Of a DNA stretch of 64,000 nt, positions 9,966 through 20,103 are shown piece by piece. The notes beneath the pieces are model-generated. The model had not been told where the DNA came from and ran no database searches. It was given only the letters and a program-made list of their open reading frames with translations. This DNA comes from a virus. The translations under genes were made by a program, and so were the position numbers. The stretch lies in IMG/VR virus record IMGVR_UViG_3300008113_000016, positions 32,514-96,513 of that record; one strand, given 5' to 3'. The first letter of the stretch is position 1; every line of letters begins with the position of its first letter.

Positions 9966-12900
9966 ATGTTTAACAACCATCACTCACACTCATACTATAG
10001 TTTGCTAGACGGATACTCTAGCCCACTAGAGTTGATGCAACGTGCAAAAGAAGTTGGCATGTCTTCTATGTCTATTACAGATCATGGTACTTTAAGTGGT
10101 CACAGAGATTTTCTTATGGCTGCAAAAGAAACTGGTGTAAAGCCAATCCTTGGTCTTGAGGCATATTTTACAACAGACAGAAATGATAAGCGTTCTAAGA
10201 AAGAAAGAAACGAAGATGAACAGGTTTATAATCACTTAATCGTTTTGGCAAAAAATGAAACTGGTTTATCTAATCTAAGTAAGATATCTGAGATAGCGTG
10301 GAACGACGGGTTTTTTACAAAACCAAGAATTGACTTTGATATTCTGGAAGAAAATCATGAAGGTCTTATAGTTTTATCTGGATGCATGAACGGAATCATT
10401 GCAAAGGCTATTCAAAACAACAACCCTTCTTTAGCAAAACAATATACTGCTTGGTTTAAGGATGTGTTTAAAGAAGACTTTTATATGGAAGTTCAGCCAC
10501 ATAACCCAGTAGAATTAAACATGCAACTTCTTTCCCTTGCAGATGAAATGGGAGTAAAGCCAACGGTAACCTTAGACTGCCATTATGCTTCTCCAGAAGA
10601 TCGGATTGCAGAAGAGATTATGCTTATCCTTGGAACGCATCCAAATGTTCTTAAGGAATCAAGTTTTGATGCAAGCAGAAAGATCAAGGACATTATGTCC
10701 AGACTTGATTACCTATATGGAGAAAGAAAAATGTCTTTCAAGGACTTAGACATTTATTTGATGGGTTACGAAGAGTTAATGTCAAAGATGAAAAAGTCTG
10801 GAATTGATCGACTAGACATGTTTGAGTCAAGCATGGAAATCTCTGATAAGGTTAGTAGTTATGAATTAAAGCAGAACCTAGACTTACTACCAATTCAGGT
10901 CTCAGACCCCGCACAGGAACTCCAGAGGCTGTCTTTTGCTGGTCTTAAAGCAAAAGGTCTAAACAATGATGAAGCATACCTAAAGCGTCTTAATGATGAA
11001 CTAAGTATTATTAAAGAAAAGAATTTTTCTGCATACTTTTTAGTTGTAGCCAACATGATTGGTTGGGCAAAGAATAATGAAATTATGGTTGGTCCAGGTC
11101 GTGGCTCTGCTGCTGGATCACTAGTTTGCTACGCTCTTGGAATCACTGACGTTGACCCAATAGAGCACGGACTTCTATTCTTTAGATTTATTAATCCAGA
11201 ACGTAATGACTTTCCAGATATTGACACAGACTACCAAGACTCTAGAAGAAATGAAGTTAAGGATTATTTAACAGAACAATATACTAACGTTGCATCTATT
11301 GCAACATTCCTTACATTTAAAGATAAGGGTGTTGTGCGAGATGTTGCAAGAGCCTTTCATATTCCACTAGCAGAAGTAAATAAGTCCCTTAAGAATGTTG
11401 AAACTTGGGACGAGTTTTTATCAAGCAAAACAACAGAAGAATTTAGGTCAAAGTATCCAGAGGTTGTTTTCTATGCAGATAAATTGCGTGGAAGAATTCG
11501 TGGAACTGGAATGCATGCTGCAGGAATAGTTGCATCTCAAGAGCCTATATCAAACTTTGCTCCTATGGAAACTAGAAAAGATACACAGAGTGACTCAAGA
11601 ATTCCTGTTGTTGCGGTGGATATGGAAAAAGCAGCAGACATTGGATTGATTAAAATTGATGCTCTTGGTTTAAAGACTCTTACAGTTATAAAGCAAACGC
11701 TAGATATAATCAAAGAGAGACATGGCAAAGAGATCAATCTATCCACCCTTCCACTTCACGATGCTGAGGTCTATGCAGATCTTAGTGCAGGTTTTACAAA
11801 GGGTGTCTTTCAGGCTGAAGCAGTTCCATACACAAATCTTTTGGTTAAGATGGGCGTAAGCAACTTTGACGAACTTGCTGCTTCTAATGCTTTGGTTCGT
11901 CCAGGAGCCATGAACACCATTGGAAAAGAATATATTTTAAGAAAAAAGGGTAAAAAGCAAGTAAAGTACATACATGATTTATTAAAACCATATACAATAG
12001 ATACCTATGGATGTATTCTCTACCAAGAACAAGTTATGCAAGCATGCGTACACCTTGGCGGTATGTCCATGTCGGAAGCAGATAAAGTTAGAAAGATCAT
12101 TGGAAAGAAAAAAGATGCTAAAGAGTTTGACCAGTTCAAAGAACAATTTGTTACTGGAGCATCTAATCACATCTCAGAGAAGGAAGCAGAGGCTTTATGG
12201 CATGATTTTGAGGCTCATGCTGGCTACTCTTTTAACAAGTCTCATGCTGTTGCTTACTCTATGCTATCTTATTGGACGGCTTGGCTAAAAAAATACTATC
12301 CGCATGAGTTTATGTTTGCAATCCTTAAAAATGAAAAAGACAAGGATGCTCGTACAGAATATTTAATTGAGGCTAAAAGAATTGGAATCAATGTTCGTTT
12401 GCCACACATTAATGAGTCTGACATTGACTTTAAACTAGAGGGTCAATCTATTCGATTTGGGTTGGGTAACGTAAAGTTTATATCAGAGAACATTGGTAAA
12501 AAGATTCTTGCTAACGCACCATACAAGTCTTATAAGGATTTTGTAGACTTTGCTATGGAAAAAGGATCTGGCATTAACAGCAGAGCAGTAGACGCATTAA
12601 ACAAAGTTGGTGCTGCTGCATTTAATGACAAGCCAAGAACTGGTGAAGAAAGACAAAACTATTATGAATATCTAAATATTCCAGAATTTAATTCAGAGAT
12701 TCCTAGATATATGGAAGCATACTTTACTCCACTAGAGGAGTTTGACGAGGTTTCTTGTATGATAGTTTCTGCAATGGTAAAGTCAATCAAACGTGGCAAG
12801 GGTTGGTCAAGAGTAGAGATTGTAGATAAGACTGGCAGCATTGGTGTTTTCCATGATGAAGATACAAACATTGAACCAGGAAAAATTTACATTATTTTAA

Positions 12901-13235
12901 TTGCTAGTAACAGAATTGCTGGTTTTGCAAAAGCAGAAGATCTTGAAAATATATCAAATCCTTTTGTTAAGTTCTTAAAGGCTAGAACTATTCCACTTGC
13001 AAACGACGAGTACTTTGTGGTAGACTTTAGTACAAGAAAAACAAAGAAGGGCGATAAGATGGCTAACGTCGTCTTATCTAATTCAGATAAAGAACTAACA
13101 TCGATTGTGGTTTTTCCATCGCTATATGCAACAGCCTTGGTAAATATGAGACCAGGAAGTGCATGTAAACCACAATTGAGTGAATTAAAAGACGGTGGAC
13201 TAACATTAAAGTGGGTAGAAAATGGAAAGGCTTGA
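9966..13235 (+). CDS. dnaE: DNA polymerase III alpha subunit (family C)
   Basis: PHP HSHS.YSLLDG, TDHG; GRGSAAGSLV; PDIDTD; FNKSHA. Confidence 0.97.
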   Translation: MFNNHHSHSYYSLLDGYSSPLELMQRAKEVGMSSMSITDHGTLSGHRDFLMAAKETGVKPILGLEAYFTTDRNDKRSKKERNEDEQVYNHLIVLAKNETGLSNLSKISEIAWNDGFFTKPRIDFDILEENHEGLIVLSGCMNGIIAKAIQNNNPSLAKQYTAWFKDVFKEDFYMEVQPHNPVELNMQLLSLADEMGVKPTVTLDCHYASPEDRIAEEIMLILGTHPNVLKESSFDASRKIKDIMSRLDYLYGERKMSFKDLDIYLMGYEELMSKMKKSGIDRLDMFESSMEISDKVSSYELKQNLDLLPIQVSDPAQELQRLSFAGLKAKGLNNDEAYLKRLNDELSIIKEKNFSAYFLVVANMIGWAKNNEIMVGPGRGSAAGSLVCYALGITDVDPIEHGLLFFRFINPERNDFPDIDTDYQDSRRNEVKDYLTEQYTNVASIATFLTFKDKGVVRDVARAFHIPLAEVNKSLKNVETWDEFLSSKTTEEFRSKYPEVVFYADKLRGRIRGTGMHAAGIVASQEPISNFAPMETRKDTQSDSRIPVVAVDMEKAADIGLIKIDALGLKTLTVIKQTLDIIKERHGKEINLSTLPLHDAEVYADLSAGFTKGVFQAEAVPYTNLLVKMGVSNFDELAASNALVRPGAMNTIGKEYILRKKGKKQVKYIHDLLKPYTIDTYGCILYQEQVMQACVHLGGMSMSEADKVRKIIGKKKDAKEFDQFKEQFVTGASNHISEKEAEALWHDFEAHAGYSFNKSHAVAYSMLSYWTAWLKKYYPHEFMFAILKNEKDKDARTEYLIEAKRIGINVRLPHINESDIDFKLEGQSIRFGLGNVKFISENIGKKILANAPYKSYKDFVDFAMEKGSGINSRAVDALNKVGAAAFNDKPRTGEERQNYYEYLNIPEFNSEIPRYMEAYFTPLEEFDEVSCMIVSAMVKSIKRGKGWSRVEIVDKTGSIGVFHDEDTNIEPGKIYIILIASNRIAGFAKAEDLENISNPFVKFLKARTIPLANDEYFVVDFSTRKTKKGDKMANVVLSNSDKELTSIVVFPSLYATALVNMRPGSACKPQLSELKDGGLTLKWVENGKA

Positions 13236-13572
13236 ACTAGATAGATTGGCATTAGAGTTGCACTCTACTGCTGTTACAAAGAAGTTTTGGGACGAATATC
13301 CTAAGAACGGAACAGAGTCAGAGAAGTTTGTTTTTTATGCAAAGCAAATCGCAATGATTCATTCTGAGGCTACAGAGGTATTGGAGTCTATTAGAAAAAG
13401 AAAAGATAGCCATGAAACAGTTGAAGAACTGGCGGATATCTTGATTAGAACGTTGGATCTTTATGGCGCAATGTATTCTTATGGATATACTCCATTTAGT
13501 TTACAGAAGGTATTAGAATCAAAGATGGACAAAAACCTAAGTAGACCTGACAAACATGGTGTCCTTGGATAA
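13222..13572 (+). CDS. MazG-like NTP pyrophosphohydrolase
   Basis: IHSEATEVLE...EELADILIR..D...K...N..R. Confidence 0.8.
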   Translation: MERLELDRLALELHSTAVTKKFWDEYPKNGTESEKFVFYAKQIAMIHSEATEVLESIRKRKDSHETVEELADILIRTLDLYGAMYSYGYTPFSLQKVLESKMDKNLSRPDKHGVLG

Positions 13573-13792
13573 GAAAAAAATAGATGGTTATTTTTTAGAG
13601 GGATCAGATAACGAACTTCTTTTGGTCCTTAGAGGTTACGACGAAGAAATATTTTTGTCGTTAATCAAAAAACTTGCCACCATGAGAGATACAGATATTA
13701 AGAAGTTAACAGATAAATTGGAGGAGCATTTTTATGAAAGAGATAGCATTAGAAAGCATTCTAAGCAACCTAGATCCAAAAACAAGAAATAG
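13556..13792 (+). CDS. hypothetical protein
   Basis: ORF in operon. Confidence 0.55.
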   Translation: MVSLDKKKIDGYFLEGSDNELLLVLRGYDEEIFLSLIKKLATMRDTDIKKLTDKLEEHFYERDSIRKHSKQPRSKNKK

Positions 13793-14741
13793 GGTTCAGA
13801 AGGCTGTAAACGTAGAGATTGAAAAGCAGCCAACACCAAGCCTTGGTCTTAACGTTGCATTAAATGGTGGTCTTGGGTATGGGCGACAGGTTTTAGTTTG
13901 GGGAAATAAGTCTGCTGGTAAGTCTTCTTTTTGCTTACAGTTAATTGCAGAAGCGCAAAAACTTGGAAAGACCTGTGCTTGGATTGATTCAGAGCAATCA
14001 TACTCTGCAGATTGGGCAAGCAAACTAGGTGTAGATTCAGACAAACTAATCTACTCTGGAGCAAAAACTATTAACGATATGGTAGATGTAGGAACAGATC
14101 TAATGTCTGCAGGCGTAGACATTATTGTTGTTGACTCTATCTCAGCCCTCCTTCCAGCAATTTATTTTGAAAAAGATGGAGAAGAGTTAAAGTCTCTAGA
14201 AAATACAAAGCAGATAGGTGCAGAAGCAAAAGACATGACGCATGCTGTTAAGATGCTTAATTATGCTAATAAAAATACATTGTTAATTTTAATTTCTCAA
14301 CAAAGAAATTCTTTTGGCTCAATGCATGCGACACACATTCCAACTGGAGGAATGGCTACAAAGTTTTTTAGCAGCACAATTATTAAGTTGTGGTCTTCAG
14401 AAGCAGAAGCAAACAGAATTAAATCAGACGTTCAAGTGGGAGACAAACTCATAGAACGCCCTGTAGGTCGTAGTGTAAACTGGAACGTAGACTATAACAA
14501 AACTGGTCCACAGTTTGTTTCAGGGGCATATGACTTCTACTTTTTAGGTGAACACGTTGGGGTTGATAAGGTAGCAGACCTTGTTGATACAGCAGAACTT
14601 ATGGGCTTAATTGAAAAAGGTGGTGCTTGGTATACCGTTCTTGGAGAAAGATTTCAAGGAAGAGCAAAGGTTGTTGCATATGTTAGAGACAACAAAGAGG
14701 TCTTTGAAAAATTAGAAAAGATGGTGTATGAAAAGATATGA
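13734..14741 (+). CDS. recA: RecA/UvsX-like recombinase
   Basis: GNKSAGKS, WIDSE, VVDSI, GGAWY. Confidence 0.93.
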   Translation: MKEIALESILSNLDPKTRNRVQKAVNVEIEKQPTPSLGLNVALNGGLGYGRQVLVWGNKSAGKSSFCLQLIAEAQKLGKTCAWIDSEQSYSADWASKLGVDSDKLIYSGAKTINDMVDVGTDLMSAGVDIIVVDSISALLPAIYFEKDGEELKSLENTKQIGAEAKDMTHAVKMLNYANKNTLLILISQQRNSFGSMHATHIPTGGMATKFFSSTIIKLWSSEAEANRIKSDVQVGDKLIERPVGRSVNWNVDYNKTGPQFVSGAYDFYFLGEHVGVDKVADLVDTAELMGLIEKGGAWYTVLGERFQGRAKVVAYVRDNKEVFEKLEKMVYEKI

Positions 14742-14926
14742 GCATCGATCCCAATGAGTTTATCAAAAAAGAAAACAAGCCAGTAAAAGAAGAGTTTGAT
14801 ACGATCACTGGAAGTTTTAGTTGTCAAAGTTGTGACGAGTCAGTAGATTCCGCATTCTATGATGAAGAGAATAGACAGATATTTTGGGATTGTTCTTGCG
14901 GTAAAAGAAACAAGGCTAGACTATGA
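14738..14926 (+). CDS. Zn-finger protein
   Basis: CQSC...CSCG. Confidence 0.6.
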   Translation: MSIDPNEFIKKENKPVKEEFDTITGSFSCQSCDESVDSAFYDEENRQIFWDCSCGKRNKARL

Positions 14927-15225
14927 GCGAAGCAAGCGAGATTAAAAGAATGGGTGGCAAAGCCCATAAAAATAGTGGTCGTGGTCAGTATCAAAAAGCA
15001 GATGCAAGTTGGAAAATGTTTATCGTAGATATTAAAGAGTTTAGTAAATCATTTGGATTATCCAAAAGTGTTTGGTCTAAAATTGTTACAGATACTCTTA
15101 AGACAGATAACGAAAAGTATCCAGCACTAAAGGTTGTTCTTGGTGAGGGTTCAAGTAAGGTAAGATTAGCAGTCATAGAGTGGTCTATGTTAGAAGAGTT
15201 AGTAGAAAGGTACAATAATGAGTGA
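14923..15225 (+). CDS. PD-(D/E)XK Holliday junction resolvase-like protein
   Basis: NSGRG...D...D.K pattern. Confidence 0.65.
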   Translation: MSEASEIKRMGGKAHKNSGRGQYQKADASWKMFIVDIKEFSKSFGLSKSVWSKIVTDTLKTDNEKYPALKVVLGEGSSKVRLAVIEWSMLEELVERYNNE

Positions 15226-15556
15226 TTCAACATTAGAGTTAATCAATCAGATTACAGAGTTTAACGACATACATGAGTTTATGCAGGACAAAGATTTAGA
15301 TGAGGCTTTGGCTATCATCGTTAAGATTCTTATGAAGCCAGACATTCCTGCCACACAGGCTCCAGTCTTGATTTCAAAACTGCAGGCTATGTCTGCAAAG
15401 TTTGGAGTTATGGCTACTTGGTATACAACAGTTCAGAAGGGTCCTGCAGGATCCTCCAATAACATCAAAAAGAATGTATACTATACAATGAAAGACTCTT
15501 TAGACAAACTTGTAGATGCTCTAAAGTATGTGGCTAGATATAACCTAGGAGCGTAG
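15218..15556 (+). CDS. hypothetical protein
   Basis: ORF in operon. Confidence 0.6.
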   Translation: MSDSTLELINQITEFNDIHEFMQDKDLDEALAIIVKILMKPDIPATQAPVLISKLQAMSAKFGVMATWYTTVQKGPAGSSNNIKKNVYYTMKDSLDKLVDALKYVARYNLGA

Positions 15557-16326
15557 TGGCAAAAAACTTAATTGACTCTGTAAGACGGGGCAAAAATAAA
15601 GAAGCGTTTGATACAAAAGGATTTATCAAGGCATTGAATAAGTCCTACCTTGAAGATAAGAACGCATCAAAGTATATGAAGAAGAATACTTTCTCTCCAA
15701 GTACTATTGGGTATGGTCACGGAATGTGTCCTAGGTACTGGTTCCATGCCTTTAATGGTACAGAGTTTAAGGATTCATTTACTGCTCCATCCGTTGCATC
15801 TATGTTAAGTGGAACAGCAGCGCATGAAAGACTGCAGTCAATTATTTCAAAGATGGAGTTTTTTAAAGAACTTGAAAGAGAAATTTTAAGTGAGGATCCA
15901 CCAGTAAGAGGCTTTGCTGACTTTGTTTTGGAGAAAGATGGCAAGGAAATTGTTGGAGAAATCAAAACAATAAAGGACGAATACTATGACATTAGAAAGG
16001 CTAGTAATAGCCCTTCAGAAAGCCACTACCTTCAACTACTAATCTATATGAAGATTGAAAAGGTTGAGCAAGGTTTTATCCTATATGAGAATAAAAACAC
16101 AAATGAGTTGCATGCAGTACCAGTAATGCTTGATGCAGAGGCTGAGAACTACATTGACTATGTGTTTGATTGGATGCGTGATGTTTACTCTTCATACAAA
16201 AATGACACTATGCCAGAAAGAGTGTTTACTGAATCAAGCAGACAATGTAAGGGCTGTCCAGTATCTTCTACATGTTGGGCAAATGGCGATGGAGAAGTTT
16301 TCATAGAACAGTTAGAGGTTAGATAA
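15556..16326 (+). CDS. Cas4-like PD-(D/E)XK exonuclease with Fe-S cysteines
   Basis: CPR, G...H, G..D...EIKT, QL..Y, C..C.....C. Confidence 0.85.
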   Translation: MAKNLIDSVRRGKNKEAFDTKGFIKALNKSYLEDKNASKYMKKNTFSPSTIGYGHGMCPRYWFHAFNGTEFKDSFTAPSVASMLSGTAAHERLQSIISKMEFFKELEREILSEDPPVRGFADFVLEKDGKEIVGEIKTIKDEYYDIRKASNSPSESHYLQLLIYMKIEKVEQGFILYENKNTNELHAVPVMLDAEAENYIDYVFDWMRDVYSSYKNDTMPERVFTESSRQCKGCPVSSTCWANGDGEVFIEQLEVR

Positions 16327-16643
16327 TGAAGGTTTGTGCTAACTGTCAGAAAAGTTTTATGTTTAAGACTCATAATCAAAAATATTGTTCAAATGAGTGC
16401 TGTCGTCTTGCAACCAATAAAAGAATAATGGAAAAGTATTATGACAAAAGGGCTAGACTAAAAGGTAAAGAAAGGCTATGTTTGTCTTGTGACGCTGCAC
16501 TAAGCAGATATAACAGTGAAGATATTTGTGCTTCCTGTTATGCATCTATGGTAAAAAACAAAGTTGTTATAGCAAGGGGGTTGGTAAAAAATGTCGCTAA
16601 TGCAAGCAAAAAGGGCAGACGCAAAAAGAATCCTGGGGATTGA
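16326..16643 (+). CDS. Cys-rich Zn-binding protein
   Basis: CxxC..QKYCSxxC, two further CxxC. Confidence 0.6.
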   Translation: MKVCANCQKSFMFKTHNQKYCSNECCRLATNKRIMEKYYDKRARLKGKERLCLSCDAALSRYNSEDICASCYASMVKNKVVIARGLVKNVANASKKGRRKKNPGD

Positions 16644-17142
16644 TGCATCCACCAACTCTGTAGCATTTACTTTGTTTGTTGACGGTAAGCCATCAAGATG
16701 GGGTAAGATTGAAATGGACGGAGACATATATGAAAAGGTTAGACAGTCCAGAGTAAGATTTGCTGATGCAATGAAAGAACTTAATCCAGACTACGTTGTT
16801 ATTGAGTCTGCTATTTTGGTTAGATCACCAGATGCAAGCATTAAGATAGCAATGGTTGTTGGCTCTATAATTGGAAGCCTAGAAAAACACGTTAGGGTTA
16901 TTACCGTAAAGCCAACAGAGTGGCAAAATTATATAGGAAATAGAAACTGGACAAAGGTACAAAAAGACTCCTTTAAGGTTGAGCATCCTGGGTACAAAGA
17001 ATCTTGGTACAGCAATAAGATCAGAGAGAAAAGAAAGCAGTTTACGGTAGACTACTTTAATAAAAAGTATTCTATAGAACTAGATGATTTTGATGTTGCC
17101 GATTCTTTTGGAGTGGCATACTTTGCAACGGAGAGGCTATGA
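16591..17142 (+). CDS. RuvC-like resolvase
   Basis: ILGID, VVIE, D.AD motifs. Confidence 0.8.
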   Translation: MSLMQAKRADAKRILGIDASTNSVAFTLFVDGKPSRWGKIEMDGDIYEKVRQSRVRFADAMKELNPDYVVIESAILVRSPDASIKIAMVVGSIIGSLEKHVRVITVKPTEWQNYIGNRNWTKVQKDSFKVEHPGYKESWYSNKIREKRKQFTVDYFNKKYSIELDDFDVADSFGVAYFATERL

Positions 17143-17300
17143 AGTTATATCAAAGTAAAGAGTGGCTTTACAGAAGGTACGTTGTTCAAAAGAAGACTGT
17201 TACAGAGATAGCAGAAGAGTGCAAGACCTCATATCAAACAGTTTATAGATATCTTGTGTCTTTTAATTTAATTAGAGATCCAAGAAAGATAAAGAGATAA
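17139..17300 (+). CDS. small HTH DNA-binding protein (not in ORF track)
   Basis: MKLYQSKEWLYRRYVVQKKTVTEIAEECKTSYQTVYRYL..., 53 aa, ATGA overlap. Confidence 0.7.
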   Translation: MKLYQSKEWLYRRYVVQKKTVTEIAEECKTSYQTVYRYLVSFNLIRDPRKIKR

Positions 17301-17342
17301 GTACTGTTTTATGGTAAACTATAATCATAACAATGGAGTAAT

Positions 17343-17870
17343 ATGAGCAAAGATATTGAATTAGCAGAGCGTTGGGAAAAGATCAATAAGGTAGTTGAAG
17401 AATACCTTAAAGGAAATACTCCTACCCAAATTGCAAAAAGCACTGGCTATACTAGAAACCAAGTACAGGAATACATTTCTGAATGGCAGCAGGTTATCTG
17501 GAGCGATAGACAGATTCAAGAACGTGCTAAGTCTGCAATTATGTCTGCAGATCAACATTTCAATATGTTGATTCAAAGTGCTTGGGAAACATTAGACCAA
17601 GCAGATCAGGTTGGAAATCTTGGTGCAAAGACAACATCAATTAAGATTATTTCTGACATAGAGTCAAAAAGAATTGATATCTTGCAGAAGGCTGGACTAT
17701 TAAACAACAATGAGTTGGCTATGCAAATCGCAGAGGCTGAAGAAAGACAAGAAGTTTTGATTAAGATATTACGAGAGGTTTCTTCTAAGTGTGATAATTG
17801 CAAGGTAGAGGTTGCAAAAAGATTGTCACAGGCTAGTGGACAGGCTGAGGTAATAGAGACCAATGGTTGA
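17343..17870 (+). CDS. HTH protein, probable terminase small subunit
   Basis: N-terminal HTH, coiled coil, directly upstream of large terminase. Confidence 0.55.
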   Translation: MSKDIELAERWEKINKVVEEYLKGNTPTQIAKSTGYTRNQVQEYISEWQQVIWSDRQIQERAKSAIMSADQHFNMLIQSAWETLDQADQVGNLGAKTTSIKIISDIESKRIDILQKAGLLNNNELAMQIAEAEERQEVLIKILREVSSKCDNCKVEVAKRLSQASGQAEVIETNG

Positions 17871-19662
17871 TTTTAATTTTAACGAACTCTTTGAAATATT
17901 AGATGGAGAAGAGTTTGAAGAAAGACCAGTAACCATTGAAGAGTTTGTTGAGTCACAAAACTATCTTGGCTTGCCACCACTTTCAGATAACCAATATAAA
18001 TGTATTCGTGCCATGTCTCAGATCTATAAGCAAGAAACTTTAGAAAGACTTTATGGAAAAGAAAAAGGGTTTGAACGTTGGAAGCAAACATGCAACGAGG
18101 TTGTTCTTCAGTTAGGTAAGGGTAGTGGAAAAGATTATATGTCTACCATTGCAGTATCTTATATTGTTTACTTATTGTTATGCTTAAAGGATCCAGCAAA
18201 ATATTTTGGCAAGCCTCCAGGAGATTCAATAGACCTAATTAATATTGCTATTAACGCTCAACAGGCTAAGAACGTTTTCTTTAAAGGTCTTTGTAATAGA
18301 ATCGATAAGTCACCTTGGTTTGTTGGAAAGTACAATAAAAAGGCTGACAGCATAGACTTTGATAAGAATATATCTTGCTATTCTGGGCACTCAGAACGTG
18401 AGGCTTTTGAGGGTTACAACGTACTCACAGTAATCCTTGACGAGATTTCTGGTTTTGCTATAGACAACACTAGCGGTCATGAGCAGGCTAAAACTGGTTC
18501 AGCAATTTATGATATGTACCGTGCATCAGTTGATTCTCGTTTTCCAGATCACGGAAAGGTTATTCTTCTATCATTCCCTAGATATAAAAATGACTACATC
18601 CAGCAAAGGTACAATGCTGTTGTTGGAGAAAAAAATATTATCATTAAGCAGCATGAGTTTATTTTAAATGAAGAGTTGGATGAATCAGATCCATCAAACA
18701 AGTTTACTGTAGAGTGGGAAGAAGAGGAAATTATATCTTATAAGATACCTAAAGTTTTTGCTTTGAGAAGACCTACTTGGGACGTAAACCCACAAAGATC
18801 TATTGAAGATTTTAAGATTGCTTTCTATACAAATCCAAACGATGCATTGGCACGTTTTGCCTGTATGCCTGGAGAAGCAGAAGATGCTTTCTTTAAGTTC
18901 AGAGATAAGATTGAAAAGGCTTTTAATGGACCAGATGCTTTTGTAAACAGCCGTGTTGAAGAATGGATGGTTCCAGATCCAACAAAACAATACTATATGC
19001 ATGTTGACTTAGCACAAAAGCACGACCATTGTGCGGTAGCAATGTCTCATGTCTCAAAGTGGGTTAATGTTTCTATGGGTAGTTACTCAACAGTTCAGCC
19101 AATAGTACAAGTTGACTTTGTAAAGTTTTGGACACCAAGACCTGGAGATCCAGTAGAACTAAAAGATGTAAAACAGTTTATCATTGATATGCGTGGCTTA
19201 GGATTTGATATAAGATTAGTAACCTTTGACCGTTGGAATTCATTTGAAATAATGAATGAGTTGAAAGGGCTTGGAATGAATAGCGAAACTCTTTCTGTTG
19301 CAAAAAAGCACTATGAAGATATGGCTATGATCATTGCAGAAGAAAGATTATCTGGTCCAGCAATACCCCTTTTGATAGATGAATTACTTCAACTAAGAAT
19401 CGTAAGAGACAAGGTAGACCACCCTAGAAAGGGTTCTAAGGACCTTTCAGACGCTGTTTGTGGTTCAATATACAACGCAATTGCATATAGCCCTAAAAGG
19501 GTTGGAGAAGTAGAACTAGATATACACACATATAGAGACAGCAAGGTTGACAAACCACCACTAGGTATGGGAGAATATGACAATGTTATCAGAGCACCAA
19601 AGAGTAGATCGGAGATGCCAGCAGAGATATCTGATTATCTTGCTGGATTAAAACTATTATGA
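17863..19662 (+). CDS. terminase large subunit
   Basis: GKGSGKD Walker A, ILDE Walker B, HVDLA and KDLSDA nuclease motifs. Confidence 0.9.
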   Translation: MVDFNFNELFEILDGEEFEERPVTIEEFVESQNYLGLPPLSDNQYKCIRAMSQIYKQETLERLYGKEKGFERWKQTCNEVVLQLGKGSGKDYMSTIAVSYIVYLLLCLKDPAKYFGKPPGDSIDLINIAINAQQAKNVFFKGLCNRIDKSPWFVGKYNKKADSIDFDKNISCYSGHSEREAFEGYNVLTVILDEISGFAIDNTSGHEQAKTGSAIYDMYRASVDSRFPDHGKVILLSFPRYKNDYIQQRYNAVVGEKNIIIKQHEFILNEELDESDPSNKFTVEWEEEEIISYKIPKVFALRRPTWDVNPQRSIEDFKIAFYTNPNDALARFACMPGEAEDAFFKFRDKIEKAFNGPDAFVNSRVEEWMVPDPTKQYYMHVDLAQKHDHCAVAMSHVSKWVNVSMGSYSTVQPIVQVDFVKFWTPRPGDPVELKDVKQFIIDMRGLGFDIRLVTFDRWNSFEIMNELKGLGMNSETLSVAKKHYEDMAMIIAEERLSGPAIPLLIDELLQLRIVRDKVDHPRKGSKDLSDAVCGSIYNAIAYSPKRVGEVELDIHTYRDSKVDKPPLGMGEYDNVIRAPKSRSEMPAEISDYLAGLKLL

Positions 19663-20006
19663 TGAGTGAAGATTTTGATGAGGGCGATGCTTTTGTTTCA
19701 TACCTACTACAGAATGGACATATAGAAGTTCACGGTGTTGATAAGCGTGGAGAAATATATTATAAGTTTACAGAAAAAGGAATAAAAGAGCAGGCAGAGT
19801 TTGTAAAGGATCACCAGTCTGTAATATCTGAAGTTGTTTTTGCTCTTTGGGAAAAAAATTTAATGGATATGCAGATGAACCCAGAAACAAACGATTGGAT
19901 GGGCAAGCCTACAGAACTTGCCTTTACAGATCATGGAATAGAGTTAACGGTTGAAGAAGAAGATGTTTTGGACCAGATTAAGTCACACTTTTTAGAAGGA
20001 AACTAA
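19659..20006 (+). CDS. hypothetical protein (wHTH-like possible)
   Basis: ORF; YKFTEKG. Confidence 0.55.
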   Translation: MMSEDFDEGDAFVSYLLQNGHIEVHGVDKRGEIYYKFTEKGIKEQAEFVKDHQSVISEVVFALWEKNLMDMQMNPETNDWMGKPTELAFTDHGIELTVEEEDVLDQIKSHFLEGN

Positions 20007-20012
20007 ATGTTT

Positions 20013-20085
20013 GCCTTTATAACTCAGTGGATAGAGTCACTGCCTTCTAAGCAGTTGGTCGCAGGTTCGATTCCTGCTAAGGGCG
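20013..20085 (+). tRNA. tRNA-Arg(UCU)
   Basis: Acceptor GCCTTTA/TAAGGGC, anticodon arm ACTGC-CTTCTAA-GCAGT, GGTTCGATTCC; no encoded CCA. Confidence 0.93.
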
Positions 20086-20103
20086 CAATGAAAGGAAATT
20101 ATT

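Noticed and set aside
15556-16326. Cas4-like gene as evidence of CRISPR-Cas
   Set aside because: No cas1/cas2 and no repeat-spacer array in the window; solo Cas4-like nucleases are common in phage recombination modules
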